Assembly (NCBI GenBank): GCA_963663805.2 | Contig: CAXXMR010000011.1 | Coordinates: forward strand, 116,511-180,510 | DNA length: 64,000 nucleotides | DNA from: Sedimentisphaerales bacterium | GTDB lineage: Bacteria > Planctomycetota > Phycisphaerae > Sedimentisphaerales > SM23-30 | Direction: 5' to 3' | Part shown: in pieces, positions 28,972 to 39,943 of the stretch | How the letters are laid out: every line of letters begins with the position of its first letter | Numbering within the stretch: position 1 is the first letter of the stretch | Translations under genes and position numbers: made by a program | The notes under the pieces: generated by a model | Databases searched by the model: none | Told to the model about the DNA's origin: nothing | What the model saw: only the letters and a program-made list of their open reading frames with translations

Positions 28972-29511
28972 GTGCGAATTTACAGAATACTTAAAGTTGT
29001 TGTTTGGACGTTACTTGTTATCAGCGTATGTGGATGCAGCGGTTGGCAGAGCCGTTTTAGTGAGATAGTGCCGGAATACGGCCATCGCAACTGGATTGTT
29101 GTAGCGGATTCCGCCTATCCCAAACAGAGTGCTTCCGGGATCGAAACGATTGCTACCGGCAAAGGGCAACTGGAAGTGCTGAATGTTGTGCTGGAGGCGA
29201 TTGACCAGGCACCGCATGTTCAGGCGATTGTGATGTTGGATGCTGAGTTGAACAGCGTCCCGGAAGCGGATGCCCCCGGGGTAACCGCCTATCGCAATGC
29301 ACTCAAAAAAGCCCTGAAAGACAAACAGGTCAAAGTCATGCCGCATGAAGACATTATCAGCCAACTGGATAAAGACTCCAAAATATTCAACGTTCTGCTG
29401 CTGAAAACTGACCTGACGATTCCCTATACCTCCGTCTTCCTCCAGCTCGATTGCGGCTACTGGACAGCAGAAAAAGAAAAGCGACTCAGAGAGACGCTGT
29501 CAAAAAATTAA
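28972..29511 (+). CDS. RbsD/FucU-family sugar mutarotase/pyranase with lipoprotein-like signal
   Basis: RBS AAGGAG and GTG; GHRNWIVVADSAYP; MPHE; IPYTSV; N-terminal LLVISVCGC. Confidence 0.8.
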   Translation: MRIYRILKVVVWTLLVISVCGCSGWQSRFSEIVPEYGHRNWIVVADSAYPKQSASGIETIATGKGQLEVLNVVLEAIDQAPHVQAIVMLDAELNSVPEADAPGVTAYRNALKKALKDKQVKVMPHEDIISQLDKDSKIFNVLLLKTDLTIPYTSVFLQLDCGYWTAEKEKRLRETLSKN

Positions 29512-29541
29512 GAAACGGCGTTTTGTCGTTATTTGTTGTTA

Positions 29542-29685
29542 TGTAACCGTTCACAGCTTTTTCCTTAAAAAGACCCAGAAGGGGTCGTAAGAACAAGAGC
29601 CGAGCCGCGTAAGCGGCAGGATTTTACCAGACAAAAACAACCACAAGCACCAAAGGGGCGAAAGAAACTATTGTGAACGTTTACA
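29542..29685. repeat. 144-bp MITE-like segment bounded by 14-bp imperfect inverted repeats
   Basis: TGTAACCGTTCACA (29542-29555) and TGTGAACGTTTACA (29672-29685), 13/14 complementary; lies between convergent genes. Confidence 0.5.
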
Positions 29686-29747
29686 AAAATATATATCCTG
29701 AAAAATCCTGTCAAAAAAAATCTTTGTCTTCGCCGTTAAAATCCGCG

Positions 29748-30719
29748 TCAATCCGCGTCATCCGCGGTTAAATATTTTTGTTCTTTAGGAATAAACCCAC
29801 GGAAATCACGCGGGCTCCTGCCCGTTATTCTTCCAAACACGCGAGCAAAATAAGCCGGGTCTTTATAGCCGCAGGCACGGGCCGTTTCCGAAATATTCAA
29901 AGCCGTCGCCGCCAGCAGATATTTGGCTCGATTTACACGCTCGCTGTTTATATAGCTGGTCAGTCTCGTACTGGTCTCTTTGTGAAATAAATGGGACAGA
30001 TAATCTGCCGAACAGTCCAGCACGCCGGCCAGATACTCGACAGACAATTTGCAATTACCAAAATCGTCCGCAATCAACTGCTTACAGCGAGCCACCGCGA
30101 AATGCTCCTTATGGGAAACGTATCGGCGCCCTTCCAGACCTTCCAGAACAATGGCGAAGGCCGCCAGCAAGGCTCCTTTTAGCCGCCATTGCCGACCCGA
30201 TTGTTCTTGATGAAAGGTTTCGGTTATATCGTCCAGAAAATTCGCCAGCCGATTTCCGCCGTCCGGCTCAAAAGTGGTCGAGGCAATCACCGAGGGCCGC
30301 TGCTCACTGTCGGCCTGAGCGAGCAGACAATAGTTAGTATTACGAACGGCACATATCACCAGGTCATAAAAGCCGCCCCGCCAGTTACCGGTTTTTTCAT
30401 TGTGCGATATGCCACGGGGCATAACGCATATCTGGTCGGGATAGAGCCGGAACCCTTCGTGGGGAAAGCGGAATTCCGTCAGCCCTGAAAGTTGAATGAA
30501 CACTTCCGGATGAATATGGAAATGAGAGTCGGGGATGAACTTCATCTGGTCCCGAATCTGGGGCACACGCAGTTTGTACTTGTCAGACTCAATCAGTTTT
30601 ATTTGGCGGACCAGTACAGCTTTGCAAAGTTCGATATATTCGATTTCGCCGGCCAGATATTCCCGGAGGGGATTGTCGTCCATAGCGGTTTTGTCCTTGT
30701 TTTTTAGGTTTTGTGCCAT
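29748..30719 (-). CDS. AraC-family transcriptional regulator (cupin + HTH)
   Basis: HFHIHPE cupin; YLSHLFHKE; ISETARACGYKDPAYFARVF. Confidence 0.92.
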   Translation of the reverse strand: MAQNLKNKDKTAMDDNPLREYLAGEIEYIELCKAVLVRQIKLIESDKYKLRVPQIRDQMKFIPDSHFHIHPEVFIQLSGLTEFRFPHEGFRLYPDQICVMPRGISHNEKTGNWRGGFYDLVICAVRNTNYCLLAQADSEQRPSVIASTTFEPDGGNRLANFLDDITETFHQEQSGRQWRLKGALLAAFAIVLEGLEGRRYVSHKEHFAVARCKQLIADDFGNCKLSVEYLAGVLDCSADYLSHLFHKETSTRLTSYINSERVNRAKYLLAATALNISETARACGYKDPAYFARVFGRITGRSPRDFRGFIPKEQKYLTADDAD

Positions 30720-30825
30720 TTTATTCACTTGATGTCGGCCTTGGCTTGGCTTTATTATACCGTAAAAGGTAAAAAATGCCAAAAAAATTAAAAAGAGGTT
30801 TTGTCCACAATTAGGAGTGTAAAGA

Positions 30826-31590
30826 ATGGCTGAAAAAATCAAAGTTACCGTCTGGAACGAGTTTCGTCACGAGCAGAACAACGCCGATGTCAAAAAACTA
30901 TACCCCGATGGCATGCACGCGGTAATTGCTAAAACCCTTAACGCTGCCAGCGATATGGATGCAAAAACCGCCACTCTCGACGAGCCGGAACACGGCCTGA
31001 CCGAGGATGTCGTCAACAATACCGATGTTATGCTCTGGTGGGGGCACATGGCCCATCAGGAAGTCTCCGACGAGATCGTTCATAGAGTCCAGAAACGTGT
31101 ACTTGAAGGCATGGGACTGATAGTACTGCATTCCGCCCACTTCTCAAAAATCTTCAGAACCCTGCTCGGTACCAACTGCTCCCTTAAATGGCGTGAAGCC
31201 GCCGAAAAGGAACGCCTCTGGAACCTCGAACCCAGCCACCCGATTACTCAGGGTATCGGCGAGTATATCGAACTGCCCAATACGGAAATGTACGGCGAGC
31301 GTTTCGATATTCCCACGCCCGACAAACTGATTTTCGTTTCCTGGTTCGAAGGCGGCGAAGTCTTCCGCAGCGGCTGCACCTGGCAGAGAGGCCACGGTCG
31401 TATCTTCTACTTCCGGCCCGGCCACGAAACCTACCCCATTTTCTATAATGAACAAATCCAGAAAGTTCTCGTCAACGCCGTCCGCTGGGCCCGGCCACGA
31501 ATTATTATGGCCGACAAATGCCCCAACCCCGACCCGCTCGAAAAGCTCTCGAAAAAGAACGTGGAGTTTGGAAAACTCTCAAAAAAATGA
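30826..31590 (+). CDS. thuA: Trehalose utilisation protein ThuA
   Basis: [42 protein letters not shown]. Confidence 0.92.
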   Translation: MAEKIKVTVWNEFRHEQNNADVKKLYPDGMHAVIAKTLNAASDMDAKTATLDEPEHGLTEDVVNNTDVMLWWGHMAHQEVSDEIVHRVQKRVLEGMGLIVLHSAHFSKIFRTLLGTNCSLKWREAAEKERLWNLEPSHPITQGIGEYIELPNTEMYGERFDIPTPDKLIFVSWFEGGEVFRSGCTWQRGHGRIFYFRPGHETYPIFYNEQIQKVLVNAVRWARPRIIMADKCPNPDPLEKLSKKNVEFGKLSKK

Positions 31591-31716
31591 TGTAAAACAC
31601 GTTCAAAACCCAAATTTTTGACAAAAAAACAAAAATTTTTCAAAAAAAAGTGAATTTTTGCCCCCAATCAGGCTGATTCGCGCTGAAAAATAAGGCTTTT
31701 TCGACAGGAAATTATC

Positions 31717-32766
31717 ATGATTAAACTGGCAATCATCGGTACCGGAGGCATGGCCCACGCTCACGCCCGCAAGTTCAAAGAAATCAAATCCTGCAAGATT
31801 GTAGCAGTTTGCGATATAGTCAAACAAAGAGCTGCCGCCTTCGCCAAGGAGTTTGACCTTAATCCTAAAACCGTCTTTACGGACATCGCCGAGATGTTCG
31901 ATTCGGTAGCAATTGACGCTGTAACTAACGTTACCAGCGATGCTTACCACGCCCCGATTTCCCTGAAATGTATCGCCGCCGGCAAGCACATCCTTTGCGA
32001 AAAGCCGCTGGCGACCAATCATGCCGACGCCCGCAAAATGACCGCCGCCGCCCAACGTAAGGGCGTTATAAATATGGTCAACCTTTCCTACCGTGACTCC
32101 TCAGCCATCCAGAAAGCCCACCAGCTCGTCGCTCAGGGCACCATCGGCAGAATAATGCATTTCGACGCGTCCTACCTGCAAAGTTGGCTCTCCTCAAAAT
32201 GCTGGGGCGACTGGAAAACTGAAGAACAATGGCTCTGGCGGCTTTCTTCTAAACACGGTAGTAAAGGGGTGTTAGGTGATGTTGGCGTGCATATTCTTGA
32301 TTTTGCCACCTTTGCCGCTGGTGACGCCGAGCGGGTAAATTGTCGTCTGAAAACCTTCGAAAAAGCACCGCGAAACCGCATTGGTAAATATAAATTAGAT
32401 GCCAACGATTCCGCTATTATTACCCTGGAACTCGCCGGCGGAGCTCTCGGCACGGTCCATACCACACGCTGGGCCACCGGTTACAAAAATTGCCTCCAAC
32501 TACGTATTTTCGGCGAAAAAGGTGCCCTACGCATCGACTTGGACAAGTCGTACACTGAACTGGAGATATGCAAAGGTCGTGACATTGACAAGGCGGCATG
32601 GAAAATCGTCAAATGCCCCAAAACCCCAAATATCTACCAGCGGTTTATTAGTAGCATAAAGACCGGCCGGAACGACCAGCCCGACTTTAAACGCGGTGCC
32701 CAGGTACAGAAAATGCTGGATGCCTGCTTCAAATCCGACCAGACCGGCAAAACCGTCAAGCTCTAA
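31717..32766 (+). CDS. Gfo/Idh/MocA-family oxidoreductase (ThuB-like)
   Basis: IIGTGGMA; HILCEKP; GVLGDVGVHILD. Confidence 0.92.
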   Translation: MIKLAIIGTGGMAHAHARKFKEIKSCKIVAVCDIVKQRAAAFAKEFDLNPKTVFTDIAEMFDSVAIDAVTNVTSDAYHAPISLKCIAAGKHILCEKPLATNHADARKMTAAAQRKGVINMVNLSYRDSSAIQKAHQLVAQGTIGRIMHFDASYLQSWLSSKCWGDWKTEEQWLWRLSSKHGSKGVLGDVGVHILDFATFAAGDAERVNCRLKTFEKAPRNRIGKYKLDANDSAIITLELAGGALGTVHTTRWATGYKNCLQLRIFGEKGALRIDLDKSYTELEICKGRDIDKAAWKIVKCPKTPNIYQRFISSIKTGRNDQPDFKRGAQVQKMLDACFKSDQTGKTVKL

Positions 32767-32780
32767 AACGCCAGCGGTTG

Positions 32781-33785
32781 CTACAGATACTGCCGAAGGT
32801 TCTCTTTGAGTTCCTGATAATGGAAAAGCCGGTTGTACTCCAGCAGGCCCGAAAGTGCCCTTGAATGGGTTTTAATGCCGGATTCGACGAGAATAGAAAT
32901 TGGGTTCAGGCCGCCAATTACTACCGCACCGATACATTCTTCGTTGACCGGAATATCAAGAATCGGTTTGCCGGGCATGCCCACCTTCATAAACGCTCCC
33001 AGGCCGATGCTTGTCAGTCGGTCGGCCAGGTGCAGTACCAGTTCGCGGCTGGAGGCGGGCAGTTCCCGGAAACTCGCTCCAATACGGCCATTGCCGTCGG
33101 TGATCGCCCCTAAATAATTGGTCATGCCGCTCTTGATGAATATTTCCAGCGGGTCAATACTGGTAGCATTGTAATGTATAATCTCCGCGAAACGGGCAGG
33201 CTTGCCGTCGGCAAGGTCAATTACGCCTCCAAAGCGTGAGGTGGTGGGGATGCCGTGCTTGAGCAGTACTCCGTTAAGCGTTACGGAGCATACCGTGCAG
33301 AAACCTATGAGCCCCTGAGGAATAATAGTATCTTTAATCTTCTCGCCCGGCGGCAGCAGGGTCAGCAAAGTACCCATCGCATAGCCCTTTTCGAATACCT
33401 GGCAAATCTGGTCAACATACCGGTTCAGCTCATGGGGGTTCACCAGCGAAGTATTGATTACCACACTGCCAGAGCGGGTCGGCAGGTCAAATGTCATTTT
33501 ATAAGTCATCTGGTCTATTTTGGCAGAAAGGTAACCAACCCTTTCCAGTGTGCGACTGTTATGCAGATCCGCCAATCCTTTCTCTGTAATGCTGCGGCCC
33601 CTTTTGCCGTGCGAAAGAGTCAGGCCTTCCTCGTCCATCTCCTTCAGGTAAAGCCTCACGGTTCGTTCGCTGTAGTCATACCCGGAATCATTGAGTTCCT
33701 GGGTCAGATTAATCGAGTTAACAGGCTGATCTTCGGAGGAAAGAACTTTGAGCATTTCCAGAATTTTTAATTTTTTCTTGTTCAC
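32781..33785 (-). CDS. nrpR: NrpR-family nitrogen regulator (winged HTH + one NRD/DUF128 domain)
   Basis: SERTVRLYLKEMDEEGLT; TVCSVTLNGVLLK; SIDPLEIF; GGLNP; divergent from gdhA. Confidence 0.85.
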   Translation of the reverse strand: MNKKKLKILEMLKVLSSEDQPVNSINLTQELNDSGYDYSERTVRLYLKEMDEEGLTLSHGKRGRSITEKGLADLHNSRTLERVGYLSAKIDQMTYKMTFDLPTRSGSVVINTSLVNPHELNRYVDQICQVFEKGYAMGTLLTLLPPGEKIKDTIIPQGLIGFCTVCSVTLNGVLLKHGIPTTSRFGGVIDLADGKPARFAEIIHYNATSIDPLEIFIKSGMTNYLGAITDGNGRIGASFRELPASSRELVLHLADRLTSIGLGAFMKVGMPGKPILDIPVNEECIGAVVIGGLNPISILVESGIKTHSRALSGLLEYNRLFHYQELKENLRQYL

Positions 33786-33798
33786 GCCTGCTCCAATC

Positions 33799-33930
33799 TG
33801 GCAATATTGCCATACCCTGCATTAGATTTCTGTGGTGATCATGTGTTTTTATTGCCGATAATTGCCAAATTTACTTGTTTTATGGCAGGATGTCAATATT
33901 GTAACTTTTGATTTTGTGGCAATGTTGCCA
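33799..33930. promoter_or_regulatory. Repeated palindromic operator candidates TGGCAA-NN-TTGCCA
   Basis: Perfect TGGCAATATTGCCA at 33799-33812; TGGCAATGTTGCCA at 33917-33930; degenerate copies near 33853-33867, 33883 and 34033. Confidence 0.65.
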
Positions 33931-33980
33931 TATGTCTATATTTTACAACAAGATAAGTAAGTTTTCCAGAATATTTTTAT

Positions 33981-35494
<1,514 letters not shown>

Positions 35495-35524
35495 TAACGG
35501 TTTAAACTGCCGATAGGGTTTTGT

Positions 35525-35565
35525 GCGGAATCCGACTTCAAGCGAGGTCGGGTTCCGTTTTTTTT
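35525..35565 (+). terminator. Rho-independent terminator of gdhA
   Basis: CGGAATCCGACTT-caagcg-AGGTCGGGTTCCG followed by a T8 tract. Confidence 0.85.
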
Positions 35566-35845
35566 GGGGGGGGTATGTTTTTTATTATGAGTAAGGTGTG
35601 AAATACAATTTGTGGATAAAGGCTAGTTTTTTTATTTTTACTACATTTATATAACTCATTTATTTATAATTATTTAGCCTTAAACACAGGCCTTCTTGAC
35701 CGGGACAGACCAGCTAGATATGTAGAAAAAGTAAAATATAATTGCGTTTTTTGTTGCATTAATTTTTATATTTGTGTATATACGGTAAATAAGCAACAGC
35801 ATATTGGTTGCCTTGCGAGTGTAACGCGATAATAGAGGGCATGTT

Positions 35846-37018
35846 GTGATAGATTCAATCAAAGACAAGATATTGATTGACAGGGCGAACGGTAAAAAAT
35901 CTCCTGTCTATAAGCAGATTCATATTGGTATTACGGAGTTAATATCAAAGGAAAACCTTCCTGATGGTTACAGTTTACCCACGGTTGCTGAGCTGGCTAA
36001 TATTCTGGGGGTGAATTATCGGACGGCTAAACTGGCCTATGAAATGCTGGTGGCGGACGAGTTTATACGATATGTTCCCAATAAAGGAGCGGTAGTAAAT
36101 AATAAGGCAGCCAATCAATCTGAAGCGGGCGTGTCAAAAGGGATTTTCCGGCGTCTGGCAATAACTTTTATCAGGCCTCGGATGGCTGCTGCCTGGCTGG
36201 AGATGGCCAGCGGGGTTTCTGACTACTGCAAAGAGAATGATATTGATTTGACAGTTATCGATGCCCTGGGTTCACACAGTGATTATCTGGAGGCATTGAA
36301 GTGTGAGGTTCGGTCCAATGAAGGTCTATTGGTTGTTCCTTATGAGTTGCCGGAATATAACAAGGCGATAGAGTCTTTGATGGCCAAAGAAGTTAAGTTT
36401 GTCTTTATGGACCGGTATCTTGAGGGTGTGGAAGCGAGTGTGGTTGCGGCGGACCACTTTGGTGGTGTCTATGGCGCGACTTGTCATTTATTGGAAACAC
36501 ATGACCGTCCGGCGTATTATTTGGGTCAGTCGATGTCGCCCAGCTCTTCTCGCAGTTGGTATGAGGGGTGGAAAGCGGCGATGGTTGACCATGGCTATGG
36601 CAATCTGGTCGATTCTTATGTATATACTTTGAAAGAGCGTGAAGCGGAATTGTTTGGCCGTAAATGGCATTGTATGGAGGATAATACGCAGTTGGGGCTG
36701 GATTTTCTGCGTATGGTGAAACGGGGGCCTTGTTCGGTATTTGTATCTGGTGATTATCTGGCAAACGGTCTATATCTGGCGGCCAATGAGCTGGGCTTTG
36801 AAGTTGGCAAGGATTTGTTTGTGGTTGGTTTTGGCAATGTTCCTATGGGTCAGAAACTTCAGGTTCCGCTGACCAGTGTAGACCAGAACAGCAGGCAGGT
36901 TGGGTATAAAGGAGCTGAATTGTTGTCGCGGCATATGAATGGTCAGATGAACGGGACGATAAAGATTTCCTGTGAGACCAAGCTCCATATTCGCGCCAGC
37001 AGCGTGAAGCACGGCTGA
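35846..37018 (+). CDS. GntR-HTH / LacI-sensor hybrid transcriptional regulator
   Basis: PVYKQI...LPTVAELANILGVNYRT GntR HTH; C-terminal DLFVVGFGN...LTSVDQ. Confidence 0.9.
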   Translation: MIDSIKDKILIDRANGKKSPVYKQIHIGITELISKENLPDGYSLPTVAELANILGVNYRTAKLAYEMLVADEFIRYVPNKGAVVNNKAANQSEAGVSKGIFRRLAITFIRPRMAAAWLEMASGVSDYCKENDIDLTVIDALGSHSDYLEALKCEVRSNEGLLVVPYELPEYNKAIESLMAKEVKFVFMDRYLEGVEASVVAADHFGGVYGATCHLLETHDRPAYYLGQSMSPSSSRSWYEGWKAAMVDHGYGNLVDSYVYTLKEREAELFGRKWHCMEDNTQLGLDFLRMVKRGPCSVFVSGDYLANGLYLAANELGFEVGKDLFVVGFGNVPMGQKLQVPLTSVDQNSRQVGYKGAELLSRHMNGQMNGTIKISCETKLHIRASSVKHG

Positions 37019-37093
37019 CTTAATTCTATTTAGTTTTAAGAATATTTATTTAATGGTTTTGACCGAGAGGCTCAATCAGAAGGAGATGGTACG

Positions 37094-37921
37094 TTGAAAA
37101 AGGCAAAGACTATAAAAAACAAAGCGTTTACTCTTGTGGAACTGCTGGTGGTGGTGGCGATAATCGCTTTGCTGGTGAGTATTTTGCTGCCGGCATTGGG
37201 TCAGGCTCGTGAAGAGACCAAGCGGGTGGTATGTTCGACGAATCTGCGGCAGTTTGGTTTGGCCTGGTCGGTTTACGCCGAGGACAATCATGACAAGAGC
37301 ATGACCTGGAGCTCTACGGTGTCCGACCCTGATTTCTGGTTTTATCGTTTGGCTCCCTATTTGGGTGATTCAACTTTTGAAAGTGGCTCGGAAAACGAAA
37401 AGGGAGCTTTGCAGATACTGAAATGCCCATCGGCGGGCGTGTGGAGAGATGCTTATGGATATGGTATGGGTTATGGCGGGGCTAAATATTCGTGGCGTTG
37501 GCCTTTAGTGCTGTCCAGTGTGGATCAGGCTATCGTTGAGGGTGGTTATACGATAAATAACTGGATGCGTGAGTGGCCTAATCCTACTCCGGAAAACGCG
37601 AATAAATTTTACACCCAATTTTCGGTTGCCCCTAACAATGTACCCATAATGAGTGATGGTGCCTGGCCCACAGCTACGCCCCAGACTGAAGATGGTTACA
37701 AGGCTCGATATTTGATAGACGTAAACGGGGGCGGCTTGCCGGGCATGAACGGCGCGAACCACTCAGTCGCTCGTTTGATAATAAATCGTCACGGGAAGAA
37801 TACTACGAATGTTCTATTCAAGGATGTTCACGTGGAGCGTGTTAAGCTGGAGAAGATGTGGGATTTTCCGTGGCACAGAGGTTTTGAGCGTATTAGTGAG
37901 CTTTATATACCGAATGATTAA
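37094..37921 (+). CDS. Prepilin-type N-terminal cleavage/methylation domain protein (DUF1559/H-X9-DG-like)
   Basis: [55 protein letters not shown]. Confidence 0.9.
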   Translation: MKKAKTIKNKAFTLVELLVVVAIIALLVSILLPALGQAREETKRVVCSTNLRQFGLAWSVYAEDNHDKSMTWSSTVSDPDFWFYRLAPYLGDSTFESGSENEKGALQILKCPSAGVWRDAYGYGMGYGGAKYSWRWPLVLSSVDQAIVEGGYTINNWMREWPNPTPENANKFYTQFSVAPNNVPIMSDGAWPTATPQTEDGYKARYLIDVNGGGLPGMNGANHSVARLIINRHGKNTTNVLFKDVHVERVKLEKMWDFPWHRGFERISELYIPND

Positions 37922-38067
37922 CCATTTAATTTGTGAGCCGCATTAGCAAAGGGTGTACAAACGGCCGTTTCCGATGCTGAGGCAGTTAAAAAAACTTTGT
38001 GTAAATTTTTCCTGAAGTAGTTGTCAGGTAAATCTGAAGTTGGTTCTTTTTAGAAAAGGAGTAAATT

Positions 38068-39882
38068 ATGAGAAAGCTAATTATGGTGTTGAGCCTTTGC
38101 ATTTCAGCATGTGCTTACGGAGGTGAGATTGCGAGATTTGACTTTGAAGGCAATCTGACGGATTCGGTGGGCAGTTATAACGGTACTGCTGTCGGTCCTG
38201 TCGGTTACGCTTACGGTGGTTTAGCTGGCGGCAGTCAATGTCTGGATTTAACCTGTAACGGTGGTGTCGATGGCACTTATGGCGTGGTTCTGGCGGGTAC
38301 CGAGGGTGTTTTGGACTCGCCCGATACGATGTCGGTAGCGTTATGGTTCAAGGCTGAAGTTGCCGCTGGTGACGCCAGATGGGATGCAATGGTGAGCAAG
38401 CTGGGGCCGGGCACGAGTTGGGATAATCAGGGCTGGTCGGCACGTATGTACAGCGACAGTGAAGACCTGGCGTTTACCACCAGACTGCCCAGCGGCGGCT
38501 ATGGGTATACTTCAGGATATAATGTTCGTGACGGAAATTGGCATCATATCGTATGCACGTATTCGTCGGCGGCTTATTCAACTCCTGATACTCATTCTCA
38601 GGCGAAAATCTATATCGATGGCGAGTTGGCCAAGGAATATAACGTCGAGGGTGGCCTGGCGATGAAGACTTCCGCTACTGTTCCCATCAGCATCGGTGTT
38701 TCGATCGAAGATTACGGCACTGGTTTCAATTATCGCGATGGCCAATATGGTTATATTGATAATGTGCGAATATTTGACAATGCCATTACGGCGACAGAGG
38801 TTCAGAATATATATAATTCCTCTATGACCATTCCGTTGGTAACGACTCAGCCGAAATCGACTGTTGTGGCCGCGGGCGATAACGCTATATTTAATATTGT
38901 CGGTAGCGGTGCTTTTGACAGTTATGAATGGTATAAAAGTACTGACCCGAACAATGACACTCCGGCGGACGATACGCTCGTAGGCGGCAATTCCGCTACG
39001 CTGACGATTGCAGGTGCTCAGTTGACCAATGAAGCATTTTACTTTTGTGTGCTAAAAAGCACTTTGGGTGATGTTGCCTCTGAGACTGCCTATCTGATGA
39101 CCGAGCGAGTGGTGGCAAACTGGGGATTTGAAAGCAGCCTGAATGATTCTGTGGGTGGCCATGATGGTTCGCGTGTCAATACGGCGGTTTATGATACGGG
39201 TATTATTGGCTCGAGCGCGTTGCTGATAAATGGTGATGTTGGTGATGTGGTAACCGTGCCGTACAGCTATGAGTTGAACACCGAGAGTTACACTTTTAGT
39301 GCCTGGGTTAATGTTCCGGTAGGTGCTTCCGGGTCGAGTGTTGGTATATACAGCAATCGCGACACCGTTGCCCAGCAAGGTAGTATCGCTTATTATCAAT
39401 CGACCACCAAGTGGGTTACCAAGGTCAGAAGCGTCAGTGGTACCGAGTCAGGTCCGACCTCAGTTTCTACTACGGACGAAGGTGTTTGGCTATTCTTGGT
39501 CTGCACTTTTGAGAAGACTGGTGATAATAGTAATGGTGTTGAGGGCATTTTAAGTATATACATGGACGGTGAGCTTGATGCCCAAAGCAGTTCGGTGGTT
39601 TTCAATCCGAACACCTCTCTGGAGACTGTGATTGGCTCACTGTGGTCGAGTACCAATAGTTATTATGGCGTTATTACCTGCTGGCTTGATGATGTCAAGT
39701 GGTATAATTACGCTTTGTCCGCTGCTGAGGTCGCTCAGATTTATGTAGATGTGATGGGCGGCTCGATTTGTATTACTCAGCCGACATTTGATACGAATGA
39801 TGATTGTGTAGTTAATTTGTCTGATTTTGCTGATTTTGCCAGCCATTGGCTGGAAAGCAACCTGGTTTATCCGTCAAACTAA
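38068..39882 (+). CDS. Secreted non-catalytic protein: LamG - Ig - LamG - dockerin-like tail
   Basis: Signal peptide; DGNWHHIVCTY; TTQPKS...YEWYK...YFC Ig domain; tail DTNDDCVVNLSDFADFASHWL. Confidence 0.85.
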   Translation: MRKLIMVLSLCISACAYGGEIARFDFEGNLTDSVGSYNGTAVGPVGYAYGGLAGGSQCLDLTCNGGVDGTYGVVLAGTEGVLDSPDTMSVALWFKAEVAAGDARWDAMVSKLGPGTSWDNQGWSARMYSDSEDLAFTTRLPSGGYGYTSGYNVRDGNWHHIVCTYSSAAYSTPDTHSQAKIYIDGELAKEYNVEGGLAMKTSATVPISIGVSIEDYGTGFNYRDGQYGYIDNVRIFDNAITATEVQNIYNSSMTIPLVTTQPKSTVVAAGDNAIFNIVGSGAFDSYEWYKSTDPNNDTPADDTLVGGNSATLTIAGAQLTNEAFYFCVLKSTLGDVASETAYLMTERVVANWGFESSLNDSVGGHDGSRVNTAVYDTGIIGSSALLINGDVGDVVTVPYSYELNTESYTFSAWVNVPVGASGSSVGIYSNRDTVAQQGSIAYYQSTTKWVTKVRSVSGTESGPTSVSTTDEGVWLFLVCTFEKTGDNSNGVEGILSIYMDGELDAQSSSVVFNPNTSLETVIGSLWSSTNSYYGVITCWLDDVKWYNYALSAAEVAQIYVDVMGGSICITQPTFDTNDDCVVNLSDFADFASHWLESNLVYPSN

Positions 39883-39896
39883 GAGCGAAGGATTGG

Positions 39897-39932
39897 GCTT
39901 GGGGTCCGGAGTTTTCCGGGCCCCGAGTTTTT
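39897..39932 (+). terminator. GC-rich stem-loop followed by a T tract
   Basis: GCTTGGGGTCCGGA-gttt-TCCGGGCCCCGAGT then TTTT. Confidence 0.7.
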
Positions 39933-39943
39933 GAAAGAGTTGT

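Noticed and set aside
35570..35845. Replication origin (AT-rich spacer with a perfect DnaA box TGTGGATAA at 35611-35619, near an apparent skew change)
   Set aside because: Only one perfect box, no dnaA/dnaN/parAB nearby, and skew is patchy elsewhere; more likely the promoter region of the regulator.
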